Source of the DNA: Squalus acanthias
Lineage: Eukaryota
Direction: 5' to 3'
Length of the DNA: 64,000 bases
Assembly: GCA_030390025.1 (NCBI GenBank)
Contig: CM059432.1
Span: forward strand, 143,842,001-143,906,000
This document shows, piece after piece, positions 47,260 to 60,648 of this stretch (position 1 is its first letter; each line of letters opens with the position of its first letter). The notes under the pieces are model-generated. The model worked only from the letters and a program-made list of their open reading frames with translations. It was not told the origin of the DNA and made no database searches. A program made the position numbers and the translations under genes.

Positions 47260-48170
47260 AAGCTGCTGAACAGCTGACGTGCGAGGGCTGCAGCCAGAAG
47301 CGAGGGGATCCCCAGGGCTGCGGTGACGTCACAGGGATCTCCCGCAGCGTCGGCGCGGGTCACCTGACGTTGAATTGTGATGCTCAGCACGCGCGCGGCG
47401 GGTCAGCTTGACGGCGTATTGTGACGTTGCGCACGCTCCTTCCATCTTGAACGCGCGGGGGCGGAAAGGAGAAGGAACAGCCAGCGAGGCGCGGGCACGT
47501 GTGTGGGGTGGGCGAGCGGGCGCGCGCGCGCCAGCACCGAACCCTCGTCACCGTGGAGACGGGAGCGGCGGCGAGAGACACAACTGGGCAAGCGCAGGAG
47601 CTCGAGCCGAGGATCGGGCCTAGGCTGTCACCCGCCTGAGTCAAAGCACCGGACCGACCCACCGAGAGAGGAGAGGACAGGCCCCGGCCTGGCGCAGGGG
47701 CCCTGCCGAAGGATGTGACATTGTGTGGGGGAAGTTGAAGGCCGCAGTGGGGAGGGAAGAAGGCACGGAGCGGACTTTGATCGAGCGCCAGTGCCGTGGC
47801 GATGCCGAGGGCCTGTGAGTGAGCGGGACGGGGGATTGTTTAGTTATTACCCCCCCGCGGCTGTAGGCCGCCCGCCAGCACCGTGCCCTCGCCCTCCCGC
47901 TGCGGGGAGTATGCGCCATGGAGCCGAGCGCGGCCGACAGCCCGGTGACTCTGGTCATCAAAGCGCCGAACCAGAAATACGACGACCAGACCGTCAGCTG
48001 CTTCCTCAACTGGACCGTGGAGAAACTCAAGAGCCACCTGTCCAGAGTCTACCCGAGCCGGCCGGTGAGTAGAACCCGGGGCACACTCCCCCCCCACCCC
48101 CAACTCCACCACTCCCCCCCACCCCCAACACCACCACTCCCCCACCCCCAACTCCACCACTCCCCCCCCC
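47260..48170 (+). promoter_or_regulatory. HERPUD2 CpG island promoter/5' UTR with a CRE/ATF motif cluster
   Basis: CpG-dense; TGACGTCA at 47324-47331; TGACG(T) at 47275, 47365, 47409 and 47422; AP-1 TGAGTCA at 47637-47643. Confidence 0.85.
47918..48064 (+). CDS. HERPUD2: HERPUD family member 2, first coding exon (N-terminus of the ubiquitin-like domain, 49 codons)
   Basis: GCCATGG Kozak; MEPSAADSPVTLVIKAPNQKYDDQTVSCFLNWTVEKLKSHLSRVYPSRP matches HERPUD2 (IKAPNQKY.DQT.SCFLNWTV) better than HERPUD1; 147 nt followed by a GTGAGT donor. Confidence 0.92.
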
Positions 48171-48670
48171 NNNNNNNNNNNNNNNNNNNNNNNNNNNNNN
48201 NNNNNNNNNNNNNNNNNNNNNNNNNNNNNNNNNNNNNNNNNNNNNNNNNNNNNNNNNNNNNNNNNNNNNNNNNNNNNNNNNNNNNNNNNNNNNNNNNNNN
48301 NNNNNNNNNNNNNNNNNNNNNNNNNNNNNNNNNNNNNNNNNNNNNNNNNNNNNNNNNNNNNNNNNNNNNNNNNNNNNNNNNNNNNNNNNNNNNNNNNNNN
48401 NNNNNNNNNNNNNNNNNNNNNNNNNNNNNNNNNNNNNNNNNNNNNNNNNNNNNNNNNNNNNNNNNNNNNNNNNNNNNNNNNNNNNNNNNNNNNNNNNNNN
48501 NNNNNNNNNNNNNNNNNNNNNNNNNNNNNNNNNNNNNNNNNNNNNNNNNNNNNNNNNNNNNNNNNNNNNNNNNNNNNNNNNNNNNNNNNNNNNNNNNNNN
48601 NNNNNNNNNNNNNNNNNNNNNNNNNNNNNNNNNNNNNNNNNNNNNNNNNNNNNNNNNNNNNNNNNNNNNN
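48171..48670. other. Assembly gap (500 N) flanked by C-rich low-complexity repeats
   Basis: N run; CCCCAACTCCACCACTCCCC repeats on the left and CCCTCT repeats on the right. Confidence 0.99.
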
Positions 48671-49984
48671 CCCCTCTCTCCCCCTCTCTCTCCCTCTCTC
48701 TCCCCCCCTTCCCCTTGGAGCATGTAGAGTGAGTGTTTTGTTCCCAGGCCTCCTTCCATTCTTGTTATTTGGTGACCTAGATCTGTGCTCCTTTTAGACT
48801 TTTGTGGGTTTTGGCAAAGTAGTGGTGATTGCAGAGTAATTATAATTGTGAGTTAAAATGAGTAGTTATAGCGGGGTTGGCTTTTTGCAGAGCTACGTTT
48901 CCTTCCTGCAGGAAGTGCTTACTGTTGAATTGTTAGGATATTACAACAGTATTTGACAGGCTTGGCCATTTTTTTTGTTGCATCCTCTTGAAGCATTGTT
49001 AATGCTGTAAAAGCCGCAACATGGGAGCAGAATGATTGATCTTTCATCTCGCTTTGAACACCTTATTCTGATGGAGGCATGCACCTCCTTGTCTTCTGTG
49101 CGTTGTACAAAGCCTTTGGTTGGATACTTCTGTTTTGTTCTTGTTGACACAAAGTTTCCACTTTGGGCGCAAATTGCGCTTGAAATTGCACTGGTTAGGT
49201 TACAGTTCAAGTTTCCGCTAAAATGCATTAGCATGATCACAGACGTAAAATCTTCCATGAACCAGCGCAATCGGTCAACGTAATAGAAAATAATCGTTCT
49301 TTTTTTCCTTTTTGTGTTAAAATATATTCATTGCATTAAAGAGTGGTAACCTGGTGCAGTTTTATTAATACAAAGAAATAAGCATTTTTAATAAGTTTCT
49401 AGTCCGCCACATGTGAGTAATCTGATTTTAAAGCACTGAAAATTCCTTCAAAAAACTATACTGAACCATTTACTAGTTTCATTGGTGTACACGCGTCAAT
49501 TTCTTAGTAAATTAAATATTTTTTAAATGTAAAAACTTTTAAAACGTGCCTACAGGTGCCTGTGCGCCTCAGAAAACAAGCTCAATTTGAAGAGTCTCTT
49601 CAAACGGGTGCAGTCGACAGAAACTCGCCATCCTCATTATTTTGATCTGGGGGCGTGGCCAGTTTTGTGGCGTGGCCAGCTTTGGGGGAAATGATTTTTT
49701 AAACCAGCATTAAAGTTTGCGGAAACTCGATTGACGCTTGACGTAACTTACGTTTCAAATTCCCCAATCTTTTGCGCTGATTCGGCCGATTTCTCCCACA
49801 TTGTGCTGATGAAACTAACGGACCTTGTCTGGGTGAGATAAGTATCATGAGAATCATAGTTATCTTTACACAACTTCCTCAGCACTTTGCTGAAGTCCTC
49901 ATCAAATCTTAGCACCATATCTCCGCCTTGGCTCACAACCTTCACATCAGGATACCTGTAACATGATCATTCTGTTATAAGTTT

Positions 49985-50367
49985 AAGAGCATGGAATTGG
50001 GAGCAGGAGTAGGCCATACGGCCCTTTGAACTTGCTCCGCCATTCAATAAGATCATGGCTGATCTTGAACCTCAACTCCACTTTCCTGCCCGATCCCCAT
50101 ATCACTTGATCCCCTTAGAGTTCAAAAATCTATCTATCTAATCCTTGAATATACTCAAAGACACATCATCCACAGCCCTTTGGGGTAGAGAATTTCAAAG
50201 ATTCACAACCCTCTGAGTGAAGAAATTCCTTCTCATCTCAGTCTTAAATGGCCGACCCCGTATCCTGAGTTACTAAGCCCCCTAGTTCTAGACTCTCTAG
50301 CCAGGGGAAAACAACCTCTCAACATCTGCCCTGTCAATCCCCCTCAGAATCTTATATGTTTCCATGA
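49985..50367 (-). mobile_element. CR1 3' fragment
   Basis: Nearly the same sequence as 32243-32670. Confidence 0.8.
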
Positions 50368-52099
50368 GCCAATTTTAATTAAGCTAATACCATGAGCTGA
50401 TTCTTCATAGTGGTTCCCATCTTGAGCTTTTCAAAGCCTCTGCACGTGATTGCAAAGAGCTGTCAGTTGAGATGCTATTTTGCCTCCAAACAATCATGTC
50501 ACCTGCTGGATTTTTGTTAGCAATGACATGTCTTCCAGCTGTAAGACATGCTCCCAGTTTCATCATTGCAAGTGTTGCTTCTACTACTGCGGCTAAATTC
50601 CCGGCCATCAGCTCAGCATTGTTGTCGGTTCTGAACTAGCCTGGCCGCTTCAGTCACCTTGTGTCCCTTTCTGTAACAAGTCACTCTTGACATTGCCCAT
50701 CCAGCGCTTCCTTGGTTTTCCTCAGCTTCTTGCTTCATCTACCTGTGTGTGCTGGGCCATGAAAGGTATCTAGCTGTCTCCATTCAGGAAACGTGCCCAA
50801 ACCATCTTAGTCGTCTTTCTTGGTTCTTCTGTATAGCGTTGTTTCTTGTCCAAGCAATGTTCTTCTTATATCATTCTTGTGTTGTGCATCCTGTATAGTT
50901 TCAGTAGACCTGGAGTAATTCTGCATATCCATCCCCAAGCCTGATTTGCTAACTTCTCCTTTTACAGTACATTTCTCTTAATTCAAACTGTTTCAATTCA
51001 GATGATCTGATATTTCAATTTTTGTTTAGTACTAGATTCCCATTTTTCTTATATTTACAGTGCTTAATTCAATTTATTTTTAGTGCAAAAAGTGACTGAA
51101 TTAACAGGAATAGACTATCGTGTGTTTGCATTACTGCAGTGAAGCTGTCTAGCTCTTGTCGTTTTCTTGTTGAGCCTGCTGAAAGAATATGGTGTTGAAT
51201 TTTTCCTAGCATGTTTTGTGCTAACTAACATTACGAGCAATCAGAATATTCTCCTGTACCTTGCCCTTCATTGCAATTGACTTTTACAGGCACACAACTC
51301 CAATCCCTGAAACCTGAAGTTGTCTGCCAGTATTCAGTACCTAACACCAATGCAGATACCCTGCAGATTTTTCTGGCACTGTTAAACATGCATGTGTTTT
51401 GTTCTGATACAGCGCACACAAACACTAGTCAACTGAACAAGATGCGGTTGATGACGTTGACGTTCCAAGTTCTGAGAAGCTTGCTATCTAGCAAGGCTTT
51501 GATAAATTTTCGCATTTGACCTATATAATGATTCTTTTGACATCCCCTTGATTTTGTTCTGGATCTGAGCCACTGAGTATGACCTTGAATTACTTCAGGC
51601 TCAGAAGGTTAAATATTGTCACAAACACAAGTCACAGACAAGTGAACACATTAAAGAAGTTAGGTGTTCAATATTGAGCAGTATATATGCATAGAATGAA
51701 ATATATCATTAGAATACAGGATTCAAAACCAGGGGTCAGTTTTTCAGGCAGTTGAACTTGACAGTTATAAAGATGCTGCTCAGTCACCTTTAAAACTTTA
51801 GTTTGTTCTAGAATTCTAAGAGTATCTTCAGCTTGCATGATTAAAAGACCATTATTGGCGGTAGTTCGCACTTCTCCACTGTTAGCGATTCTTATTTGCT
51901 ATTCTATAGATAATTTTTTCCCCCAAAGTTCTAATTGGAGTCAGTTCTCGGGGGGTTTATCAACATCACTTCTAGATTTGTATGCACCAGCTCATGCTTT
52001 CATGACAGCTCCATATGTGAGCATGTTCAGTACCTCAGAGTACTAATGTACCAAGTTTCACCACCACCACTGCCTTTAATACCACCACCAATTTATTTT

Positions 52100-54985
52100 A
52101 ACTTGTATTTATATAGCGCCTTTAATGTAGTAAAATGTCCTAAGGCGCTACATTAGGAGTGTTACAAGACAAAAAATTTGACACCGAGCCACATAAGGAG
52201 AAATTAGGGCTGGTGACCAAAAGCTTGGTCAAAGAGCTAGGTTTTAAGGAGTGTCTTAAAGGAGGAAAGAGAGGCGGAGAGGTTTAGAGAGGGAATTCCA
52301 GAGCTTAGGGCCTAGACAACAGAAGGCACGGCCACCAATGGTTGAGCGATTATAATCAGGGATGCTCAAGAGGACAGAATTAGAGGAGTGCAGATATCTC
52401 GCGGTTGGGGTGGGGGGTGGTTGCTGAAGGAGAATACAGAGATGGGGAGGGGCGAGGCCATAGAGGGATTTGAAAACAAGGATGAGAATTTTGAAATTGA
52501 GGCCTTGCTTAACCGAGAGTCAGTGTAGGTCAGCGAGCACAGGGATGATGGGTGAATGGGACTTGGTGCGAGTTAGGACACGGGCAGCCGAGTTCTGGAT
52601 GACCTCAAGTTTACGTAGGGTGGAATGTGGGAGGCCAGCCAGGAGTGCGTTGGAATTGTCAAGTCTAGAGCTAACAAAGGCATGGATGAGGGTTTCAGCA
52701 GCGGACGAGCTGAGGCAAGGGCAGAGACGGGTGGTGTTATGGAGGTGGAAATAGGCGGTCTTAGTTATTCCGCGGATATGTGATCGGAAGCTCATTTCAG
52801 GGTCAAATATGAACTAATGTTGCAAACAGTGTGGTTCAGCCTCAGACAGATCTTAGGGAGAGGGATGGAGTCAATAGCTAGCGAATGGAGTTTGTGGTGG
52901 GGACCGAAAACAATGGCTTCGGTCTTCCCAATATTTAATTGGAGAAAATTTCTGCTCATCCAGAACTGGATGTCGGACAAGCAGTCTGACAATTTAGAGA
53001 CCGTGGAGGGGTCGTGAGAAGTAGTGGTGAGGTAGAGCTGGGTGTCGTCAGCGTACATGTGGAAACTGAAGCTTTGTTTTCGGTTGATGTCGCCAAGGGG
53101 CAGCATGTAGATGAGAAATAGGAGGGGGCCAAGGATAGATCCTTGGGGGGCACCAAAGGTAGCGATGCAGGAGCGGGAAGAGAAGCCGTTGCAGGTGATT
53201 CTCTGGCTACGATTAGATAGATAAGAATAGAACCAGGCGAGTGCAGTCCTATCCAGCTGGATGACGGTGGAGAGGTGTTGGAGAAGGATGGAGTGGTCAA
53301 CCATGTCAAAGGCTGCAGACAAGTCAAGAAGGACGAGGAGGGATAGTTTACCTTTGTCACAGTCACAAAGGATGTCATTTGTGACTTTGATGAGAGCCGT
53401 TTCGGTACTGTGGCAGGGGCGGAAACCTGATTGGAGGGATTCAAACATGGAGTTGTGGGAAAGATGGGCACGGATTTAGGAGGCGACAACATGTTCAAGG
53501 ACTTCGGAGAAGAAAGGGAGATTGGAGATGGGGCGGTAGTTTGCAAGGACGGAGGGGTTGAGGGTTGGTCTTTTGAGGAGAGGGGTGATGACGGCAGATT
53601 TGAGGGAGAGGGGGACAGTACCTGAGCAGAGAGAACCATTAACAATGTCAGCTAACATGGGAGCCAGAAAAAGAAGTTGGATGGTCAGCAGTTTGGTGGG
53701 AATAGGGTAGAGGGAGCAGGAAGTGGGTCTCATGGACAAGATGAGCACAGAGAGGTCATGCGGGGAGATCAGAGAGCAAATGGAGAAAGATGTGAGTTCA
53801 GGGCTAGGGCAGGGGGGAACCTTAGAGGAAGTTTGGCCCGGTGGGCTAGGGAAAGGAAGGGAAGTGGCAGAAGCGGCTGAACAGATGGTCTCAATCTTAG
53901 AGACAAAGAAGTCCATGAGCTCCTTACACTTGTTGTCGGAGGTGAAGGTGGAGGAGACGGGAGAGGGGTTTAAGAAGGCGTTTATCAGTGGAGAATAGAA
54001 GCTGGGGGTTATCTTTGCATTCCAGAATGATTCTGGAATAGTGAGCAATTTTGACAGACGAGAGCAGGTCCTGTGGTTCAGCCAGATCTGGCGATGAATG
54101 GCTAAACCAGTTGTCCACCATATCCGTTCAAGTCTGCATCCCTTGGACTTAAGGGTGCGAAGATGAGGGCCGTACCAGGGGGAACGGCCAGGGTGAGAGA
54201 GCGTAATTGTGTTAATAGGAACTAGGGCCTCAAAGGTGGTGGCGAGGGTGTGGTTAAGCAGATTGGTAGCTGCAGAAATGTCGTGGTGAATGGAGGGCCA
54301 AAGGCTGGATAGTTGGGATTTCGTAAGTGCAGTTGGGAGAGAGTTTTTTCCAGGGACGGGCACAGAAGGAAGTAGGGTTGTTGGGGAGGTGGAAGGGGGA
54401 TGTGTATGGAGAGCGATACGAGGAAGTGGTCAGAGATGGCCTTATCTGCGATTGACACGATGGGAGTAGCGAGACCACGAGAGATGGCAAGGTCAAGGGG
54501 GTGGCCGTGAATATGGGTTGGGGAGTTTACATGGAGGGAGGATAGGAGGTTAGTGAACTCAGAGGAGAGAGAGCATGATGAATTGAAATGGAGGTTGAAA
54601 TCACCGAGGATGAGAAGTCTTTTGGTGCAGAGGCTGAGGGAGGAAAGCAATGAAGATATCTCGGTGATAAAATTTTTATGGTACTTGGGTGGGCGGTAGA
54701 GAACGAGAATTTTAAATGAGAGGTGAGAGGAGTGGAATAAGGTGAGATGCTCAAAGGAGGAGAAAGTGCTGGAGGAATAGGGGGACTAACCAAGGTATGA
54801 TTTGGTGATCAGAGCCACACCGCCACGTGGTGGAAGGTATAGCCAGGCGGGGAGGCTTCATTTATAGGGTAAGGTGTCATCACCCTTCAACCAAGTTTCC
54901 GTCAGGGCCATGATGATGATGCAGTTATCCACGATAAGCTCATGGATGGCAAGGGCCTTGTTCGCAAGTGAATGGACATTCTGGA
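52100..54985 (-). mobile_element. L2 LINE, decayed ORF2 (EN plus RT) and 3' tail
   Basis: LILGDFN, SDH, ANYRPISNLPF, QSGFRPCHSTETAL, LLDLSAAFD, PQGSILGP, YADDTQLY, AFVSSRLD; L2-type tail. Confidence 0.9.
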
Positions 54986-55645
54986 GGGATATGCGGAGAG
55001 GGTTTTGGCACAGTTAATCACACCAGCATCCAACATCCAGTTTTCGATGTGCCGCAATTTCCTCCAGCTAAACATTGGGAAGAATGAAGCCATCATCTTC
55101 GACAAACTCCATAGCCTCACCACCGATTACATCCCCATCTCCGGCCAGTGTCTTGGTCTGAACCAGACTGTTCACAACCTCGGTATTCTATGTGACCCCT
55201 AGCTGAGGTTCCAACCCCAAATCTTTTCTCATCACAAAGACCACCTACTTCTAGTTTCATCATATATCCCGCTTCTTCTGTCCCTACCTCAACCCATCTG
55301 CAAATACTACCCTCACCCATTGCCCCTGTCCTCGCTGACCTACATTGGCTCCCAGTTCCCCCAACACCTCAAATTCTCATCCTTTTCAGCTCCAAACTAT
55401 ACTGGGAGGATATTGAGGTTGTGGTGAGAGTGCAGTGCTGATTCATCAGGATGCTGCCAGTTATGAAGAAATAGAAATATAGACCTGAGAAATTGGGTCT
55501 TTTTTCATTAGAACAACGCAGATTATAGGATGATATGACAGAAGTGTTTAAAATTATGAAAGGATGGGAAGGGGTAGATAGAAGCAGACTGTTTCCAGTA
55601 GTTCAGGGGTCAAGAACAAGGGGCCACAGTTACAAGATTAAAGAC

Positions 55646-56787
55646 ATTTGATAAGGTGCCACATAAAAGGTTATTACACAAGATTAGGGCTCATGGGATT
55701 GGGGGTAATATGGTAGCATGGATAGAGGATTGGTTAACGGACAGAAAACAGAGAGTAGGGATAAACGGATCTTTTTCAGGCTGGCAGGCTGTAACTAGTG
55801 GGGTGCCACAAGGATCAGTGTTGGGGCCTCAGTTATTTACAATCTACTGTATATTAATGACCTAGATGAAGGGACCGAGTGTAATGTATCCAAGTTTGCT
55901 GATGATACAAAGCTAGGTGGGACAGTAAGCTGTGAGGAGAACACAAAGAGTCTGCAAAGGGATGTAGATAGACTAAATGAGTGGGCAGTAAGGTGGCAGA
56001 TGGAGTATAATATAGGGAAATGTGAGGTTATTCACTTTGGTAGGAGGAATAGAAAAACAGAATATTTTTTAAATGGTGAGAAACTTTCAAATGTTGGTAT
56101 TCAGAGATTTGGGTGTCCTCGTGCAAGAAACACGGAAAGCTAGCATGCAGGCAATAAGGAAGGCAAATGGCATGTTGGCCTTTATTGCAAGGGGGTTGGA
56201 GTGTAAGAGTAAGGAAGTCTTGCTACAATTGTACAGGGCCTTGGTGAGACTACACCTGGAGTACTGTGCACAGTTTTGGTCTCCTTATCTAAGGAAGGAT
56301 ATACTTGCCTTGGAGGCGGTGCAACAAAGGTTCACTAGATTGATTCCTGGGATGAGAGGGCTGTCCTATGATGAAAGATTGTGTAGAATGGGCTAAAACT
56401 CTCTGCAGTTTAGCAGAATGTGAGGTGATCTCATTGAAAAGTACAAGATTCTGAAGGGGATTGACAGGGTAGATGCTGAGAGGTTGTGTCCCCCTGGTTG
56501 GAGTGTCTCGAACTAGGGGGCATAAGACTGAGCTGAGGAGGAATTTCTTCACTCAGAGGGTTGTGAATCTTTGGAATTCTCTACCCCAGGGGGCTGTGAA
56601 TGCTGAGTCTTTGAGTATATTCAAGGCTGAGATAGATAGATTTTTGGACTCTAGGGGCATCAAGGGATATGGAGATCAGGCGGGAAAGTGGAGTTGAGGT
56701 CGACGATCAGCCATGATCTTATTGAATGGAGGAGCAGGCTCGAGGGGCCGTATGGCCTACTCCTGCTCTTATTTCTTATGTTCTTAT
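55646..56787 (+). mobile_element. CR1 3' portion
   Basis: [38 protein letters not shown] and (TTCTTATG) tail. Confidence 0.85.
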
Positions 56788-56938
56788 GACTTAGAACGGA
56801 GGACAGGGGAAGTTTCTTCAGAGAGTTGAGAGACTATGGAATTCACTTCCAGGGTTAGTGGTTGGGGCACTCAAAATTAGATTGGATAGGTGGATGAAGG
56901 CATATGGAAATAGGGTGGGTAAACCCTCCCTAAACCTC

Positions 56939-57075
56939 GATACGATAGCAAAATACTGCGGATGCTGGAAAATTGAAACAACAACAGAAAACGCTGGAAA
57001 AACTCAGCAGGCCAGGCAACATCTGTGGAGAGAGAAACAGAGTTAACGTTTCAGGTCGAAACCCTTCGTCAGAAC
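56939..57075 (-). mobile_element. Penelope-like pLTR fragment with hammerhead motif
   Basis: Minus strand GTT-CTGACGA-AGGGTTTCGACCT-GAAA-CGTT-AAC; duplication AACCCTCCCTAAACCTC at 56922-56938 and 57073-57089. Confidence 0.75.
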
Positions 57076-57249
57076 CCTCCCTAAACCTCTCTGCCTCTCC
57101 ACCTCTCTCTCTCCCCCTGTAAGACGCTTCTTAAAACCTACCTTAATCCTAATATCTCCTCGTGGCTCGGTGTCAATTTTTGTCTGTTTACGCACTTGTG
57201 AAATGCCGTGGGACGTTTTACTACATTAAAGGCGGTATATTTAAGGGAA

Positions 57250-60200
57250 CGATAGCGTAGTGGTAATGTCACTGGGCTAGTAATCCAGAGGCCTGGACTA
57301 ATGATCCAGAGACGTGAGTTCAAATCCCACCACGGCAGCTGGGGAATTTAAATTCAGTGAATTAAATAATCTGGAATAAAAAGCTAGTATCAGTAATGGT
57401 AACCATGAAACTACCAGATTGTCGTAAAAACCCATCTGGTTCTCTAATGTCCTTTAGGGAAGGAAATCTGCCGTCCTTACCCGGTCTGGCCTATATGTGA
57501 CTCCAGACCCACAGCAATGTGGTTGACTCTTAACTGCCCTCTGAAATGGCCCAGCAAGCCACTCAGTTGTACACAACCTCTACGAAAAGCCATAATAAGA
57601 ATGAAACCGGATCGACCTCGGCACCGGCTACAAACACAGCAACGGCACACCCAGCCCAGTCAACCCTGCAAAGTCCTCCTCACCAACATCTGGGGACTTG
57701 TGCCAAAATTGGGAGAGCTGTCCCACAGACTAGTCTGACGTAGTCATGCTCACAGAATCATACTTTTCAGCCAATGTCCCAAACTCCTCCCACCAGCAAG
57801 GGCACAGAATGTACTCTGGGTGGGGGACTTCAATGTCCATCACCAAGAGTGGCTCGGTAGCACCACTACTGACCGAGCTGGCCGAGTCCTGAAGGACATA
57901 ACTGCCAGTCTGGGCCTGCGACAGGTGCTGTGTGAACCAACACGAGGGAAAAACCTACTTGACCTCGTCCTCACCAATCTACCTGTCGCAGATGCATCTG
58001 TCCACGACAGTATTGGTAGCAGTGACCCCCGCGCAGTCATTGTGGAGACGAAGTCCCATCTTCACACTGAGGACATCCTCCATCTTGTGTGGCACTACCA
58101 CCATGCTAAATGGAATAGATTCAGAGCAGATCCAGCAGCTCAAAACTGGGCATCCATAAGGCGCTGTGGGCCATCAGCAGCAGCAGAATTGTATTCCAGC
58201 ACAATCTGTAACCTCATGGCCTGGCATATCCCTCATGCTACCATTACCATCAAGCCAGGGGACCAACCCTGGTTCAATAAGGAGTGTAGAAGAGCATGCC
58301 AGGAGCAGCACCAGGCGTACCTAAAAATGAGGTGCCAACCTGGGGAAGCTGCAACATTGGACTACATGCATGCTAAAAAGCGGAAGCAGCATGCCATAGA
58401 CAGGGCTAAGCGATCCCACAATCAACGGATCAGATCAAAGCTCTGCAGTCCTGCCACATCCAGTCGTGAATGGTGGTGGACCATTAAACAACTAACGGGA
58501 GGAGGAGGCTCCATGAATATCCCCATCCTCAGTGATGGTGGAGCCCAGCACGTGAGTGCAAAAGACAAGGCTGAAGCGTTTGCAACCATCTTCAGCCAGA
58601 AGTGCCGAGTGGATGATCCATATCGGCCTACTCCCGAGGACCCCACCATCACAGAAGCCAGTCCTCAGCCAATTCGATTCACTCCATGTGATATCAAGAA
58701 ACGGCTGAGTGCACTGGATACAGCAAAGGCAATGGGCCCCGACAACATCCCGACTATCGTGCTGAAGACTTGTGTTCCAGGACTAGCCGCATCTCTAGCC
58801 AAGCTGTTCCAGGACAGCTATAACACTGGCATCTATCCGACAATGTGGAAAACTGCCCAGGTATGTCCTGTCCACAAAAAGCAGGACAAATCCAACCTGG
58901 CCAATTACCGTCCCATCAGTCTACTCTCAATCATCAGCAAAGTGATGGAAGATGTCATTGACAGTGCTATCAAGCGGCACTTACTCATCAATAACCTGCT
59001 GACTGATGCCCAGTTTGGATTCCGCCAAGACCACTCGGCTCCCGACCTCATTACAGCCTTGGTCCAAACATGGACAAAGGAGCTGAATTCCAGAGGTGAG
59101 GTGAGAGTGACTGTTCTTGACATCAAGGCAGCATTTGACCGAGTGTGGCATCAAGGAGCCCTTGTAAAACTGAAGTCAATGGGAATCGGGGGGGGAAACG
59201 CTCCACTGGCTGGAGTCATACCTAGCACAAAGGAAGATGGTTGTGGTGGTTGAAGGTCTGCATCACAGCCCCAGGACATCGCTGCAGGAGTTCCTCAGGG
59301 CAGTGTCCCAGGCACAACCATCTTCAGCTCCAACATAAGGTCAGAAATGGGGATGTTCACTTATGACTGCAGTGTTCAGCGCCATTCACAACTCCTCAGA
59401 TAATGAAGCAGTCCATGCCTGCATGCAACAAGACCTGGACGACGTTCAGGCTTGGGCTGATAAGTGACAGTTAACATTTGTGCCACAGAAGTGCCAGGCA
59501 ATGACTATCTCCAACAAGCGAGAGTCTAACCACCTCCCCTTGACATTCAACGGCATTGCCATCGCCAAATCCCCCACCATCAACTCCTGGGGGGGGGGTC
59601 ACCATTGACCAGAAACTTAACTGGACCAGCCACATAAATACTGTGGCAACAAGAGCAGGTCAGAGACTCGGTATTCTGCGGCGAGTGTCTCTCCTCCTGA
59701 CTCCCCAAAGCCTTTCCACCATCTACAAGGCACAAGTAAGGAGTGTGATGGAATACTCTCCACTTGCCTGGATGAGTGCAACTCCAACAACACTCAAGAA
59801 GCTCGACACTATCCAGGACAAAGCAGCCCAGCTTGATTGGCACCCCATCCACCACCTTAAACATTCACTCCATCCACCACCGGCGTACCGTGGTTGCAGT
59901 GTGTACCATCTACAAGATGCACTGCAGCAACTCGCCAAGGCTTCTTCGGCAGCACCTCCCAAACCCGCGACCTCTTCCACCTAGAAGAACAAGGGCAGCA
60001 GGCGCATGGGAACACCACCACCTCCAAGGTCCCCTCCAAGTCACACACCATCCTGACTTAGAAGTATATCGCCGATCCTTCATCGTCGCTGGGTCAAAAT
60101 CCTGGAACTCCCTCCCTAACAGCGCTGTGGGAGTACCTTCACCACACGGACTGCAGCGGTTCAAGAAGGCAGCTCACCACCACCTTCTCAAGGGCAACTG

Positions 60201-60255
60201 GGATGGACAATAAATGCTGGCCTTGTCAGCGATGCCCACATCCCATAAACGAATA
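57250..60255 (+). mobile_element. CR1/L2-clade LINE with a tRNA-derived 5' head and a decayed single EN-RT ORF
   Basis: A box TAGCGTAGTGG and B box GAGTTCAAATCC; EN start VLLTNIWGL..MLTES; ORF 57820-59253 with GDFN, YRPISLLS and LDIKAAFD; 3' tail ending in AATAAAAA. Confidence 0.85.
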
Positions 60256-60648
60256 AAAAAATATATAAATGCAAGTGGTTCTGGTTGGGCCGAGTGGTCT
60301 GTTTCCATGGTGTAATGGTAATACAGGTTTATAAAACAAAACCTTTTTTGAGGAGGAAAGAAAGTTAACGAGCTAATGCTTAGTTGCAGAGAAGTTGATT
60401 TTGTAATTTTTGGCTGGCTATTCTGACATTGAAGTCTCAACATAAGGCAGGACAATATAACGTAGGTTTTAACAACATGATAATATGGAGTGCACGATGT
60501 GGAACCCAAATTGCTTCGCAGTCATAATGTAGCTGAATGCTCGCAAGGCCAAAATTGAAGTTCCTTTTATTTACCCCGGTCAGTTTAGCATGTTGGAGTA
60601 CAGCCCAATGTGAAGGGTAGTCATGGTTTCAAACACTTTGCCAATTTA

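Noticed and set aside
47918..48759. 269-aa and 236-aa ORFs across the gap
   Set aside because: Artefacts of reading through the splice donor at 48065 and the N run.
49440..49830. Possible DNA-transposon remnant with GGGCGTGGCC motifs
   Set aside because: Could not define TIRs or TSDs with confidence.
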